Assembly: GCA_041593595.1 (NCBI GenBank) | Contig: JBFHNV010000005.1 | Location: 1,539-65,538, forward strand | Origin: Gammaproteobacteria bacterium | GTDB lineage: Bacteria; Pseudomonadota; Gammaproteobacteria; HK1 | DNA length: 64,000 nt | Reading direction: 5' to 3' | In this document: positions 48,016 through 56,466 of the stretch, one piece after another | Numbering within the stretch: the stretch's first letter is position 1 | Layout of the letters: each line of letters begins with the position of its first letter | The notes under the pieces: generated by a model | The model's input: only the letters and a program-made list of their open reading frames with translations | Database searches by the model: none | Told to the model about the DNA's origin: nothing | Made by a program: the position numbers and the translations under genes

Positions 48016-49272
48016 ATGTTCACCCTGCGCTCGGCCAGCGTATCCGGCGACGACATGGCCCCCGTCGCCGCCGGTGTGCTGGTCGCACGCCAGCCCATAT
48101 TCGACCGGCAGCGCGCCGTGTGCGCCTACGAGCTGCTCTACCGCGGCGCCGGCGCCGAGCACGCGGAATTTCGCGACGGCGACCGCGCCACCGCCAGCGT
48201 CGTGACCGGGTCGTTCCTGGACATCGGCATCGACCGCATCGCCGAGGGTCGGCCCGCGTTCATCAATGCCACGCGCGAGTTCCTCGTCTCGCGTGCGGCC
48301 ATGGCCCTGCCGGCCGAGCGGGTGGTCCTGGAGGTGCTCGAGGACGTGCAGGTCGACGACGTGCTGGTGGCCGCCGTGGCGGAGCTGGCCGCGGCCGGCT
48401 TCCGCATCGCGCTGGACGACTTCGTCTTCGAGGAGCGGTGGCGCCCCCTGCTCGCTCTCGCGCACGTGGTCAAGATCGACGTGCTGGCGCTGGGCCTCGA
48501 GGGCGTGCGCGAGCACGTGGCGCTGCTCACCGGCCACGGCGTGGAGCTGCTTGCCGAGAAGGTCGAGACCGAAGCCCAGTACGAGGCGCTGCACGCCCTC
48601 GGGTTCCACTACTTCCAGGGCTACTTCTTCGCGAAGCCCAACGTGATGAGCGGCACGCGGGCACCGGTGAACCGCAACATGGCACTCACGCTGCTGGCCG
48701 AGCTGCAGGACCGGGACGCCGACATGGAGCGCATCGCGGACCTGGTCGCCCGCGAGCCCGGGCTCAGCTACCGCCTGCTGCGCTTCATCAATTCCGCGGC
48801 GCTGGCGCTGCCGGTACAGGTGACGTCCATCCAGCGCGCGGTGGTGATGATGGGCCTGGCCGCGGTGAAGCGCGTGATCAGCATGCTGGTGCTCGCCTCC
48901 CGTGAGGACAAGCCCACCGAGCTCACACGGATGACCCTGGTGCGGGCACGCATGAGCGAGCAGCTCTGCGCGGCGGGCGGCGGTGACGCTGCGACGGGCT
49001 TCACCGTCGGACTGTTCTCCACCCTGGACGCGTTCATGGATCGTCCCTTGCCCGAGCTGCTGGCGGAGCTGCCGCTGTCTCGGGACGTGACCGCCGCGCT
49101 CATGGAGGGCGAGGGCGCCGCGGGCGAGGCGCTGCAGTGCGCACTCGCCTACGAGCGCGGCCACTGGGACGGGGTCCGGTTTCACGGCATGGGCCTGGCC
49201 ATGCCGGCCATCGCCGCGGCCTACAACGAGTCCTCCGCCTGGGCCGACGCGGCGCTGGCGGCTGGCGCCTGA
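48016..49272 (+). CDS. EAL-HDOD signalling protein (COG3434/YuxH-like), paralog 1
   Basis: The EAL-type core reads ARQPIFDRQRAVCAYELLYR...FINAT...VLEVLEDV...IALDDF...VKIDV...LAEKVET...FQGYFFAKP. The HDOD part reads LLAELQDRDADMERIADLVAREPGLSYRLLRFINSAAL. Confidence 0.8.
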   Translation: MFTLRSASVSGDDMAPVAAGVLVARQPIFDRQRAVCAYELLYRGAGAEHAEFRDGDRATASVVTGSFLDIGIDRIAEGRPAFINATREFLVSRAAMALPAERVVLEVLEDVQVDDVLVAAVAELAAAGFRIALDDFVFEERWRPLLALAHVVKIDVLALGLEGVREHVALLTGHGVELLAEKVETEAQYEALHALGFHYFQGYFFAKPNVMSGTRAPVNRNMALTLLAELQDRDADMERIADLVAREPGLSYRLLRFINSAALALPVQVTSIQRAVVMMGLAAVKRVISMLVLASREDKPTELTRMTLVRARMSEQLCAAGGGDAATGFTVGLFSTLDAFMDRPLPELLAELPLSRDVTAALMEGEGAAGEALQCALAYERGHWDGVRFHGMGLAMPAIAAAYNESSAWADAALAAGA

Positions 49273-49294
49273 TCAGGAACGGAGGAATCGCGAC

Positions 49295-50542
49295 GTGAGC
49301 GCCCTCACGAAGACAGTCGCCCCCGACGCCGCAGCGGCCTGGCGCCGCGAGGTGCTGGTGGCGCGCCAGCCCATCTTCGATCGCGCCCTGGAGGTGCACG
49401 GCTACGAGCTCCTGCACCGCACGGCCGGGCGCACGGAGGCGCGCTTCGACGATCCGGACACGGCCACCGCCGAGGTGATCTGCGCGGGATTCACCGACAT
49501 CGGGCTCGGCGCCCTGGTGGAGGAGCGCATCGCCCACATCAATCTGAGCCGCGACCTGCTCGTCTCGCGCGATCCCATGGCGCTGCCGCCCGGGCGGGTG
49601 GCGCTGGAGCTGCCCGGCGACACCGCGCCCGACGCGGAGGTGCTCGACGCCCTGGACGACTATCACGCGGAGGGCTTCTGCATCGTGCTCGACGGTGCGC
49701 GGGTCACCCGCGAGAGCCTGCCCCTGCTCCGGCGTGCCCGGGCGCTCAAGCTGGACGTGGCGAGCCTGGGGCTCGAGGAGACCGTGCGCCAGGTGGAGCT
49801 TGCCGCGCCGCTGGGCCGCGAGCTCATCGCCTATCGCGTCGAGAGCGAGGAAGCCTACAAGACGCTCGAGGCGCTGGGCGTGAGGTACTTCCAGGGCTTC
49901 TTCTTCGCCCGCCCGCGCATCGTGGCCGGAACGCGGCTGACGTCGAGCAAGGTGATGACGCTGCGCCTGCTGGCGGCGCTGCACGACCCGGACAGCCAGG
50001 TGGAGCAGGTGGCCGCGCTGGTGGGCCAGGAGGTGGCACTGAGCTACAAGCTGCTGCGCTTCCTCAACTCCTCGAGCTTCTCCCTGCCCGGTAAGGTCGA
50101 CTCCATCCAGCGCGCCGTGGCCTACCTCGGGCTGGCCGCGACCCGGCGCTGGGCCGGCGTGATGGTGCTGTCCAGCGTGGACGACAGGCCCAGCGAGCTC
50201 ACCCGCACCCTGCTGGTGCGGGCGCGCCTGTGCGAGGGCCTGTGCGCCGCGGCGCGTATCGACGATGCGGGCGCGGCGTTCACCGTGGGGCTGTTCTCGG
50301 GGCTGGACGCGCTGCTGGACCGGCCGCTCGCGGAGGCCCTCGACGGGCTGCCGCTGGCGCCGGAGCTCACGCGGGCCATCCTCGCTGGCGAGGGCATGCT
50401 GGGCGCCGCGCTGCAATGCGCGCTGGCCTACGAGCGCGGCAACTGGGCGGACGTGCGCTTCGCCACGCTGGATGCACCCGCCATCGGCGAGCTCTACGCG
50501 GACGCCGTGGTCTGGACCCGCGCCACCATGCGCGGCCTCTGA
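49295..50542 (+). CDS. EAL-HDOD signalling protein (COG3434/YuxH-like), paralog 2
   Basis: Has the same architecture as paralog 1: ARQPIFDRALEVHGYELLHR...HINLS...ALELPGD...IVLDG...LKLDV...IAYRVES...FQGFFFARP, then LLAALHDPDSQVEQVAALVGQEVALSYKLLRFLNSSSF. GTG start. Confidence 0.75.
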   Translation: MSALTKTVAPDAAAAWRREVLVARQPIFDRALEVHGYELLHRTAGRTEARFDDPDTATAEVICAGFTDIGLGALVEERIAHINLSRDLLVSRDPMALPPGRVALELPGDTAPDAEVLDALDDYHAEGFCIVLDGARVTRESLPLLRRARALKLDVASLGLEETVRQVELAAPLGRELIAYRVESEEAYKTLEALGVRYFQGFFFARPRIVAGTRLTSSKVMTLRLLAALHDPDSQVEQVAALVGQEVALSYKLLRFLNSSSFSLPGKVDSIQRAVAYLGLAATRRWAGVMVLSSVDDRPSELTRTLLVRARLCEGLCAAARIDDAGAAFTVGLFSGLDALLDRPLAEALDGLPLAPELTRAILAGEGMLGAALQCALAYERGNWADVRFATLDAPAIGELYADAVVWTRATMRGL

Positions 50543-50703
50543 ATCGCTGTTCCCAAGTTCGGATCACCGCTCATGGAGGAGGACGGCATGGGTCGATACG
50601 CCCCGCCGTACCCCGTCATCCCGCCGCAACCGCGCGCAGCTGGCCGTGCCCTTGGGGTAACCTTGCGCCACCCGCAAGCCACCCCCAGCCGAGGAAACTT
50701 CGA

Positions 50704-51012
50704 ATGTCCAGCGAAGGCCTGCACGCGCCGCGCGAGCGCCTCAGCGAGCGCACCCTGTCCATGCACCACGCCATCGTGTCGCTGATGGAGGAGCTCGAGG
50801 CGATCGACTGGTACCAGCAGCGTGCCGACGACTGCGAGGACGAGGCGCTCAGGGACATCCTGCTGCACAACATGCGCGAGGAGATGGAGCACGCGGCAAT
50901 GGTGCTGGAGTGGCTGCGGCGCAACAGCGAGGACTTCGCCTCCCAGCTCGACGACTACCTGTACAGCAAGGGCGAGATCGCCCATCACCACGACGACGAC
51001 CACGATCACTGA
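50704..51012 (+). CDS. EncFtn-like (encapsulated-ferritin family) protein with a His/Asp-rich tail
   Basis: 102 aa. MHHAIVSLMEELEAIDWYQQRADD...LLHNMREEMEHAAMVLEWLRRN is near-identical in pattern to my recollection of Rhodospirillum rubrum EncFtn (HRAIVSVMEELEAVDWYDQRVD...HNRDEEKEHAAMTLEWLRRN). It has a GAGGAA ribosome-binding site and ends ...IAHHHDDDHDH. Confidence 0.7.
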   Translation: MSSEGLHAPRERLSERTLSMHHAIVSLMEELEAIDWYQQRADDCEDEALRDILLHNMREEMEHAAMVLEWLRRNSEDFASQLDDYLYSKGEIAHHHDDDHDH

Positions 51013-51041
51013 TCATGGTCAGGCGCGGACCGCGGCGGCGC

Positions 51042-52262
51042 TCACCCCACCGCCGCGGCCCGCCCCAGCACCACCTCGCCGCGCCGCGGCAGCGCGAGCA
51101 CGGCGGCAAAGATGCACGTGGCCGTCACCGACAGCACCGCGAACAGGGCGCCGAAGCCCCAGCCCGCGTGCAGCCAGGCGATGAGCGGCAGCGCGGAGGC
51201 CGACACCGAGAAGTTGATGATGTACTTCAGCGAGTAGACCCGGGCGCGCCACTCGCTGCGGGTGATGCGGCCCACCAGTACGTCGGTGATGGGGATCTGG
51301 CCGAACACCGCCAGCATGAAGCCGAGCGCCACCAGCAGCGCCGGCAGCCCGGTGAGCTCGCGCATCACCGCGAACAGCACGGCCTGGCTTCCCGCCACCA
51401 CCGCGAACACCACGCGCACCGAGTGGTGGTCCACGAGCCAGCCCACCGCGAGCTGGGCGAAGGCCGCCACCGCGAACACCAGGAAGGCGTAGGTCCCCAC
51501 CGACGTGGCGCTCACCGCCATGGACGTCAGCCGCTCGTCGAAGATCCGCGGCAGCGCGAAGGTGGTGCTCTGGAACACGAGCCCGCCGAGGGCGGCGGCG
51601 AGCATGACGATGATGAACACCCGACGCAGCATCGAGCGCTCCAGCGTAAGGGTGCCGGCGGCTGCCTTGCGCGCCGCGACGCCGCTCGCCGCCTCCGCGG
51701 CCCGGGCGTGCCGACCGGCGGCCACGAACCACGCGTAGGCCGCGCCGATGGCGATGGACACCGTGCCGGGCACCACGAAGGCGGCGCGCCAGCCGGCGGT
51801 GTCGATCATGATCCCCGTGAGCAGCGCCGCGCTGGCCACGCCCATGTTGCCGAAGATGCCGTTCACCGCCAGCGGGATGCCCGTCTTCTCCCGCCCGTGG
51901 ACCACCATGGCCAGGCCCACCGGGTGGTAGATGGCGGCGAACACGCCGATGAGCAGCAGCCCGGCCCCGATCTCGAGCGGGGTGTCCGCGAGCGCGGTGA
52001 GGATCGAGCTCGCGCCGATGCCGATGAAGAAGATCACCAGCATCCCCTCCCGGCTCCACTTGTCCGCCAGCCACCCGGCGGGGATGGCGCACAGGCCGAA
52101 GGCCACGAATCCGGGCGTGGCGTAGGGGATCAACTGGGCGTAGCTCATGCCCCATTCGTGGGTCAGCCGCAGGGCCGCCACCGAGGCGAAGATGAGCACG
52201 AACAGGTGGTCCAGGAAGTGGCCCACGTTGAGGAACAGGAAGCCGATGCGGTCGCGCGTCAT
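51042..52262 (-). CDS. MFS transporter
   Basis: 406 aa from MTRDRIGFLFLNVGHFLDHLF, with about 12 predicted hydrophobic helices. The track ORF extension to 52472 was rejected as Arg/Pro/Gly-rich. Confidence 0.75.
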   Translation of the reverse strand: MTRDRIGFLFLNVGHFLDHLFVLIFASVAALRLTHEWGMSYAQLIPYATPGFVAFGLCAIPAGWLADKWSREGMLVIFFIGIGASSILTALADTPLEIGAGLLLIGVFAAIYHPVGLAMVVHGREKTGIPLAVNGIFGNMGVASAALLTGIMIDTAGWRAAFVVPGTVSIAIGAAYAWFVAAGRHARAAEAASGVAARKAAAGTLTLERSMLRRVFIIVMLAAALGGLVFQSTTFALPRIFDERLTSMAVSATSVGTYAFLVFAVAAFAQLAVGWLVDHHSVRVVFAVVAGSQAVLFAVMRELTGLPALLVALGFMLAVFGQIPITDVLVGRITRSEWRARVYSLKYIINFSVSASALPLIAWLHAGWGFGALFAVLSVTATCIFAAVLALPRRGEVVLGRAAAVG

Positions 52263-52470
52263 GGAATCCCCGGCGTGTGCCTGGACTGGGACACCAGCAT
52301 GCCGTCCTCCGGGGTGGCCGTCTTGCGATGATTGGCCAATCGATGCCTGAAAACGGTCATCTGGAGGCCGGGGACCACGCCGGCAGGCCCGACACGGCCG
52401 GCCCGGGACAGGGCTGCCCGCCCGTGCCATGCTTGGGCCGACACCACGCCCGCCGACCGGATTCCCAGCC

Positions 52471-54249
52471 ATGAGCGAGCCCGCCGCGCTGCCCGCCAGC
52501 GCCGCCCTGGATCACGCGCGCCTGATCGCCTCGTGTCGCGACGAGGAGGAGCGCCTGGAGCTCACGGCGCGCTGGATCCTGCACGAGTTCGACGCCTACT
52601 ACGTGGCGTCGCGGCGCATCCCGGATCTGGCGCGGCAGGCCTTCGAGCGCCGCGATCCCGTCGCCTCCCTGGAGCTCAGCCAGGAGCGCCTGGCCCTGTA
52701 CAGCGACCGCATCGAGCGCCTGGGACCGGAGGTGAAGGCGGCCTTTCCCGACGTGGCCGGCCGCGAGGACCTGTGGCCGCGCATCGAGGCGCAGTACCTG
52801 CCCTGGATCGAGGGCCGCTACGCCGCCGATCTCGCCTACGCCTTCTTCCACTCGGTGCGCCGGCGGATCTACCAGGGCGAGTGGAAGCCGGTGGCCTACG
52901 CCTTCGCGGGTAGCGGCCCGGCGCGGCGACGTGCCGGGCCGGACGTGCGCCTGGCCCACCCGCTGGACGGTCGTCTGGACGAGGCCACCGTGGACCGCGT
53001 CCTCGCCATCCCCGCCTTCAGCGTGCCGTTCCGCGATCGCGCCGGCGACGCGGCGCTCATCGCGGCCAGGGTGAACGATGCCTTCGGTGGCGCCATCGAG
53101 GGCGTGGAGATGATCAACGGCGGCTTCTTCCGCCGCCGCAGCGCCTGCCTGGTGGGGCGGCTCCGTCTCGCCGGCGGCGGGCTCGCGCCCCTCATCATCG
53201 CCCTGGTCAACGGCGGCGACGGCATCGAGGCCGACGCCGTGATCACCCGCGAGGCAGACGCCCACAACTTGTTCAGCTCGACGCTGGCCAACTTCCACGT
53301 CACCAACAGCTACTACCACGAGCTGTCGGCGTTCCTGCACACCATCATGCCGCATCGTCCGCTCGGACTTCACTACTCCACCATCGGCTTCAACCACGTG
53401 GGCAAGGTGGCGGTGATGGAGGAGCTGGAGCGGGAGATCGCCGACACCGGCGAGGTGTTCCGCACCGCGGTGGGCTCCCGCGGCACCGTGGCCATCGGCT
53501 TCGCGACGCCGTCCTCGGACTACAACCTGAAGGTAATCCGCGACCGGCCGACGGCGCAGTACAAGTGGGGCGAGTTCGAGGGCATTCCCTCGGTGCTCGA
53601 GAAGTACAAGCAGGTGCACAGCATCAACCGCGCCGGCAGCATGCTGGACAACATCATCTACTACAACCTGAAGCTCGACCGCGCCTGGTTCGACCCGGCA
53701 CTGCTTGAGGAGCTGCTGCACGAGGCGAGCGAGACCGTGTTTCTCAGGGGCGAGGAGGTAGTGCTCAAGTACCTGATCGTGCAGCGACGCATGCGGCCCC
53801 TGCCGGTGTTTCTGGAGACCGCGTCGCGCGCGCAGGCGCGGACCGCGATCGTGAATCTCGGCCACTGCATCAAGAACAATGCCGCGGCCAACCTCTTCAA
53901 CAAGGATCTCGACGCCCGCAACTACGGGGTCAGCCGCTTCCTCAAGGTCTACCTCTACGACTACGACGCGCTGGAGCCGTTCACGGAGGTGAAGATCCGC
54001 AGCAACGCCGACCGGGTGGAGGGCGAAGAGGACATTCCCGACTGGTACTTCGAAGACGGCGTGGTGTTCCTGCCCGAGGAGATCGAGGCGGGACTGATGC
54101 TCGACGACCGCGAGCTGAAGCGCGTGTTCCGTGCCGCCCACGGCGACCTGCTGACCGTGGAGTACTGGCAGGAGGTGCAGGACCTGCTGCTCGCGGGACG
54201 GGTGCCGCCGGCCCAGTTCTACCCCGCGGAGTGCCGCCTGCGCGACTGA
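52471..54249 (+). CDS. aceK: Isocitrate dehydrogenase kinase/phosphatase AceK
   Basis: 592 aa, collinear with my recollection of E. coli AceK: FDAYY...LKVIRDR..AQ...VLEKYKQVHSINRAGSMLD...YLIVQRRMRPLPVFL...NLGHCIKNNAAANLFNKDLDARNYGVSRFLKVYLYDYDA. Confidence 0.85.
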   Translation: MSEPAALPASAALDHARLIASCRDEEERLELTARWILHEFDAYYVASRRIPDLARQAFERRDPVASLELSQERLALYSDRIERLGPEVKAAFPDVAGREDLWPRIEAQYLPWIEGRYAADLAYAFFHSVRRRIYQGEWKPVAYAFAGSGPARRRAGPDVRLAHPLDGRLDEATVDRVLAIPAFSVPFRDRAGDAALIAARVNDAFGGAIEGVEMINGGFFRRRSACLVGRLRLAGGGLAPLIIALVNGGDGIEADAVITREADAHNLFSSTLANFHVTNSYYHELSAFLHTIMPHRPLGLHYSTIGFNHVGKVAVMEELEREIADTGEVFRTAVGSRGTVAIGFATPSSDYNLKVIRDRPTAQYKWGEFEGIPSVLEKYKQVHSINRAGSMLDNIIYYNLKLDRAWFDPALLEELLHEASETVFLRGEEVVLKYLIVQRRMRPLPVFLETASRAQARTAIVNLGHCIKNNAAANLFNKDLDARNYGVSRFLKVYLYDYDALEPFTEVKIRSNADRVEGEEDIPDWYFEDGVVFLPEEIEAGLMLDDRELKRVFRAAHGDLLTVEYWQEVQDLLLAGRVPPAQFYPAECRLRD

Positions 54250-54344
54250 CGCGGAACGGGCACGCCGGGCAGAACGCGGGTAGCGTCGTCACCCGACGGG
54301 CCCGAACGGGCCCGTGGCACGTTCCTGAACCCGGAGATCCGTAA

Positions 54345-54659
54345 ATGAGAAGTATTCGCAACAAGGCGTCGCGCCGCCGCTTCCTGCGCGCCGCCGGCGC
54401 CGGCGCCGCCGCCCTGCCGCTGGCGGGGCTGCTGCGCGTCGAGACCGTCGGCGCGGCGGAGCTGCCGAAGCTGGACCTGGAGGATCCCACCGCCAAGGCG
54501 CTGGGCTACGTGCACGAGTCCACCACCGCCGGGCAGCTGTGCAACAACTGCAACTTCTGGAAGGGCGGGGACGCCGAGTGGGGCGCGTGCCAGCTCTTCC
54601 CCGGCAAGGCCGTAGCCGCCAAGGGCTGGTGCAAGTCCTGGATCAAGATGGCCTCCTGA
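54345..54659 (+). CDS. hip: High-potential iron-sulfur protein (HiPIP) with a Tat signal
   Basis: Has a twin-arginine signal (SRRRFLRAAGAGAAALPLAG) and the Cys pattern CNNC...C...GWC in LCNNCNFWKGGDAEWGACQLFPGKAVAAKGWCKSW. Confidence 0.85.
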   Translation: MRSIRNKASRRRFLRAAGAGAAALPLAGLLRVETVGAAELPKLDLEDPTAKALGYVHESTTAGQLCNNCNFWKGGDAEWGACQLFPGKAVAAKGWCKSWIKMAS

Positions 54660-54688
54660 GGGAGCGTCCCCTGCTCGGGACCTGAGCC

Positions 54689-56245
54689 TCACTCCGGGGG
54701 CGTCGCGTCCGATGCCTCCCCGCCCCTCGCCTGCCGTGCCCCGCGCGAGCGCCGGCGCAGCTTGCCGTACGGGAACTCGCCGGCCTGGTGCAGGCCGGCG
54801 ATGCTCGACAGGTTCTGCACGAAGCGCCGGGCGTGCAGGTACATCTCGTTGAGCACCACCTTCTCCTCCACCTCGCCCACCTCCCGCACCCGCCCGAGCA
54901 GGCCCACCGCCACCAGCCCCACCACCGCGGCCAGGGCGAAGAAGAAGTCCCACTGGGAGATGCTCAGGGTGTCGAACTGCAGCGCGCCCTCGGGTGTGCG
55001 CCAGCGCAGCAGCAGCGACAGCTCGCGCTCGGTGAAGAAGTGCGCCAGCAGCCCCCCCACCACCGGCGCGACGCCGGAGGCCAGGGAGATGGCGAGGCTG
55101 TTGGTCGCGAGATAGGCGGTGGCGTCACCGGCGGGCGCGAGCTTGAGCGCGATGTTGCCCGAGGCCAGCGTCACGCCGGCGGTGGCCACGCCCGTGAGGA
55201 CGTGGATCGCCAGGAGCAGCGGCAGCGTGAGGGCATGTGGCTCGGGCAGGGTCGTGAAGGTCCACGCGAAGATGCAGGCGATGAACAGCGGCGCGCACAC
55301 CTGCAGCACGGACTTGTTGCTCATGCGGTCCGCGATGTCGCCCCAGCGCCGCAGCACCGCCACGTTCACGAGCTGGCTCGTGAGGGTCAGCGCCATCACC
55401 AGCCACAGCTCGAGGCCCAGGCGCTTGAGCATGTGCACCATGAAGAACGGCGCTGCCAGGTTCACCGCGAAGTTCCAGGTGGCGATGAACGCCAGCAGGC
55501 GGCGGTAGTTGGCGTCGCGTAGGGGATGCCACAGCCGCGCCAGCAGCGCCACGTCCGGCGAGGCCGCCGGTGGCGTGGGCTCGGTCATGCGCGTCATGCA
55601 CCAGGTGCTGGCGGCGCCCCCGACGAAGGCCAGCGCGAACAGCACGCTGTAGGCCACCGGCGCAGGCCCGAGCGCGAAGGCCTTCCACGCGTCCACGAAG
55701 GCCGCGGCGCTGAGCCCCAGGAGGATGCTCACCCAGGACATGAGCGCCAGGCGCCGTCCGGTGAGCCGCCCGCGCTGCGCGTCCGGCACCAGGTCCCGGA
55801 TCCAGGAGTTCCAGCTGCAGCTCATGAGCGCCGTGAGCACGTAGCGCAGCGCGAACGCGGTGCCAAACAAGAAGAGCGCCAACGCCGGGGGCTGGACGAA
55901 GGCCGCGGCCGCCATGAGCAGGAACATGGGTCGGCTCAGGCCCGTGAACAGCACCGAGATGAGGCGCCGGTTGCGCCAGCGCGCGTCCAGGTGGACGCCG
56001 GCGATCTGCAGCACCTGGGTGAGGTACGGGATGGCCGCCAGCATGCCGATGACGATGGTGGACGCGCCCAGCTCGAGGGCGAAGGCCGTGAGGAAGGCCC
56101 CCACGGTGAGGGTATCCATGGCCTGGGAGCCGATGCCGTTGCGGATCCACCAGCGCACGCCCTCGCGGCGCTGCGCCGGGGTCAGCCGGGCACGAGTGGC
56201 GAAGCGCGCCATGACGCGCGCACGGAGTCCGTGTGCGCCGCTCAT
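54689..56245 (-). CDS. MFS-type multi-pass membrane transporter
   Basis: 518 aa with 12 or more hydrophobic helices (…LTVGAFLTAFALELGASTIVIGMLAAIPYLTQVLQ…). The substrate is unknown. Confidence 0.7.
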   Translation of the reverse strand: MSGAHGLRARVMARFATRARLTPAQRREGVRWWIRNGIGSQAMDTLTVGAFLTAFALELGASTIVIGMLAAIPYLTQVLQIAGVHLDARWRNRRLISVLFTGLSRPMFLLMAAAAFVQPPALALFLFGTAFALRYVLTALMSCSWNSWIRDLVPDAQRGRLTGRRLALMSWVSILLGLSAAAFVDAWKAFALGPAPVAYSVLFALAFVGGAASTWCMTRMTEPTPPAASPDVALLARLWHPLRDANYRRLLAFIATWNFAVNLAAPFFMVHMLKRLGLELWLVMALTLTSQLVNVAVLRRWGDIADRMSNKSVLQVCAPLFIACIFAWTFTTLPEPHALTLPLLLAIHVLTGVATAGVTLASGNIALKLAPAGDATAYLATNSLAISLASGVAPVVGGLLAHFFTERELSLLLRWRTPEGALQFDTLSISQWDFFFALAAVVGLVAVGLLGRVREVGEVEEKVVLNEMYLHARRFVQNLSSIAGLHQAGEFPYGKLRRRSRGARQARGGEASDATPPE

Positions 56246-56415
56246 GGCGCGGGCATGAGTGCGGGCAGCGTGGGGGCCGGGCGATGCATCGGCAACGGGA
56301 ACGCCATTCCACGATGGGTTCGGGGCGCGCCAGGGTGCCGGGGCGTGGCGCGGGGCGCAAGGCGCGCCGGGTGGCCGGGGACGCGCCGGGCGGCGCGTGC
56401 GGGTGCGGGAGAGAG

Positions 56416-56445
56416 TCCCGGGGGACGGCGAACCGTCCCCCGGGA
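56416..56445 (-). terminator. Perfect 13-bp GC hairpin after the SBP gene
   Basis: TCCCGGGGGACGG-CGAA-CCGTCCCCCGGGA lies 22 nt downstream of the SBP stop on the minus strand. There is no U-tract. The stem shares the GGGGAC/GTCCCC core with the nt 1665-1764 units. Confidence 0.5.
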
Positions 56446-56466
56446 GCCGTCACGAGGACGGCGTAA

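Noticed and set aside
52471-54659. Stand-alone aceK (no aceB/aceA) next to a HiPIP gene, considered as a possible functional pair.
   Set aside because: The two genes are separated by 95 nt and nothing suggests coupling. To my recollection, stand-alone aceK is not unusual outside enterics. The adjacency is probably coincidental.
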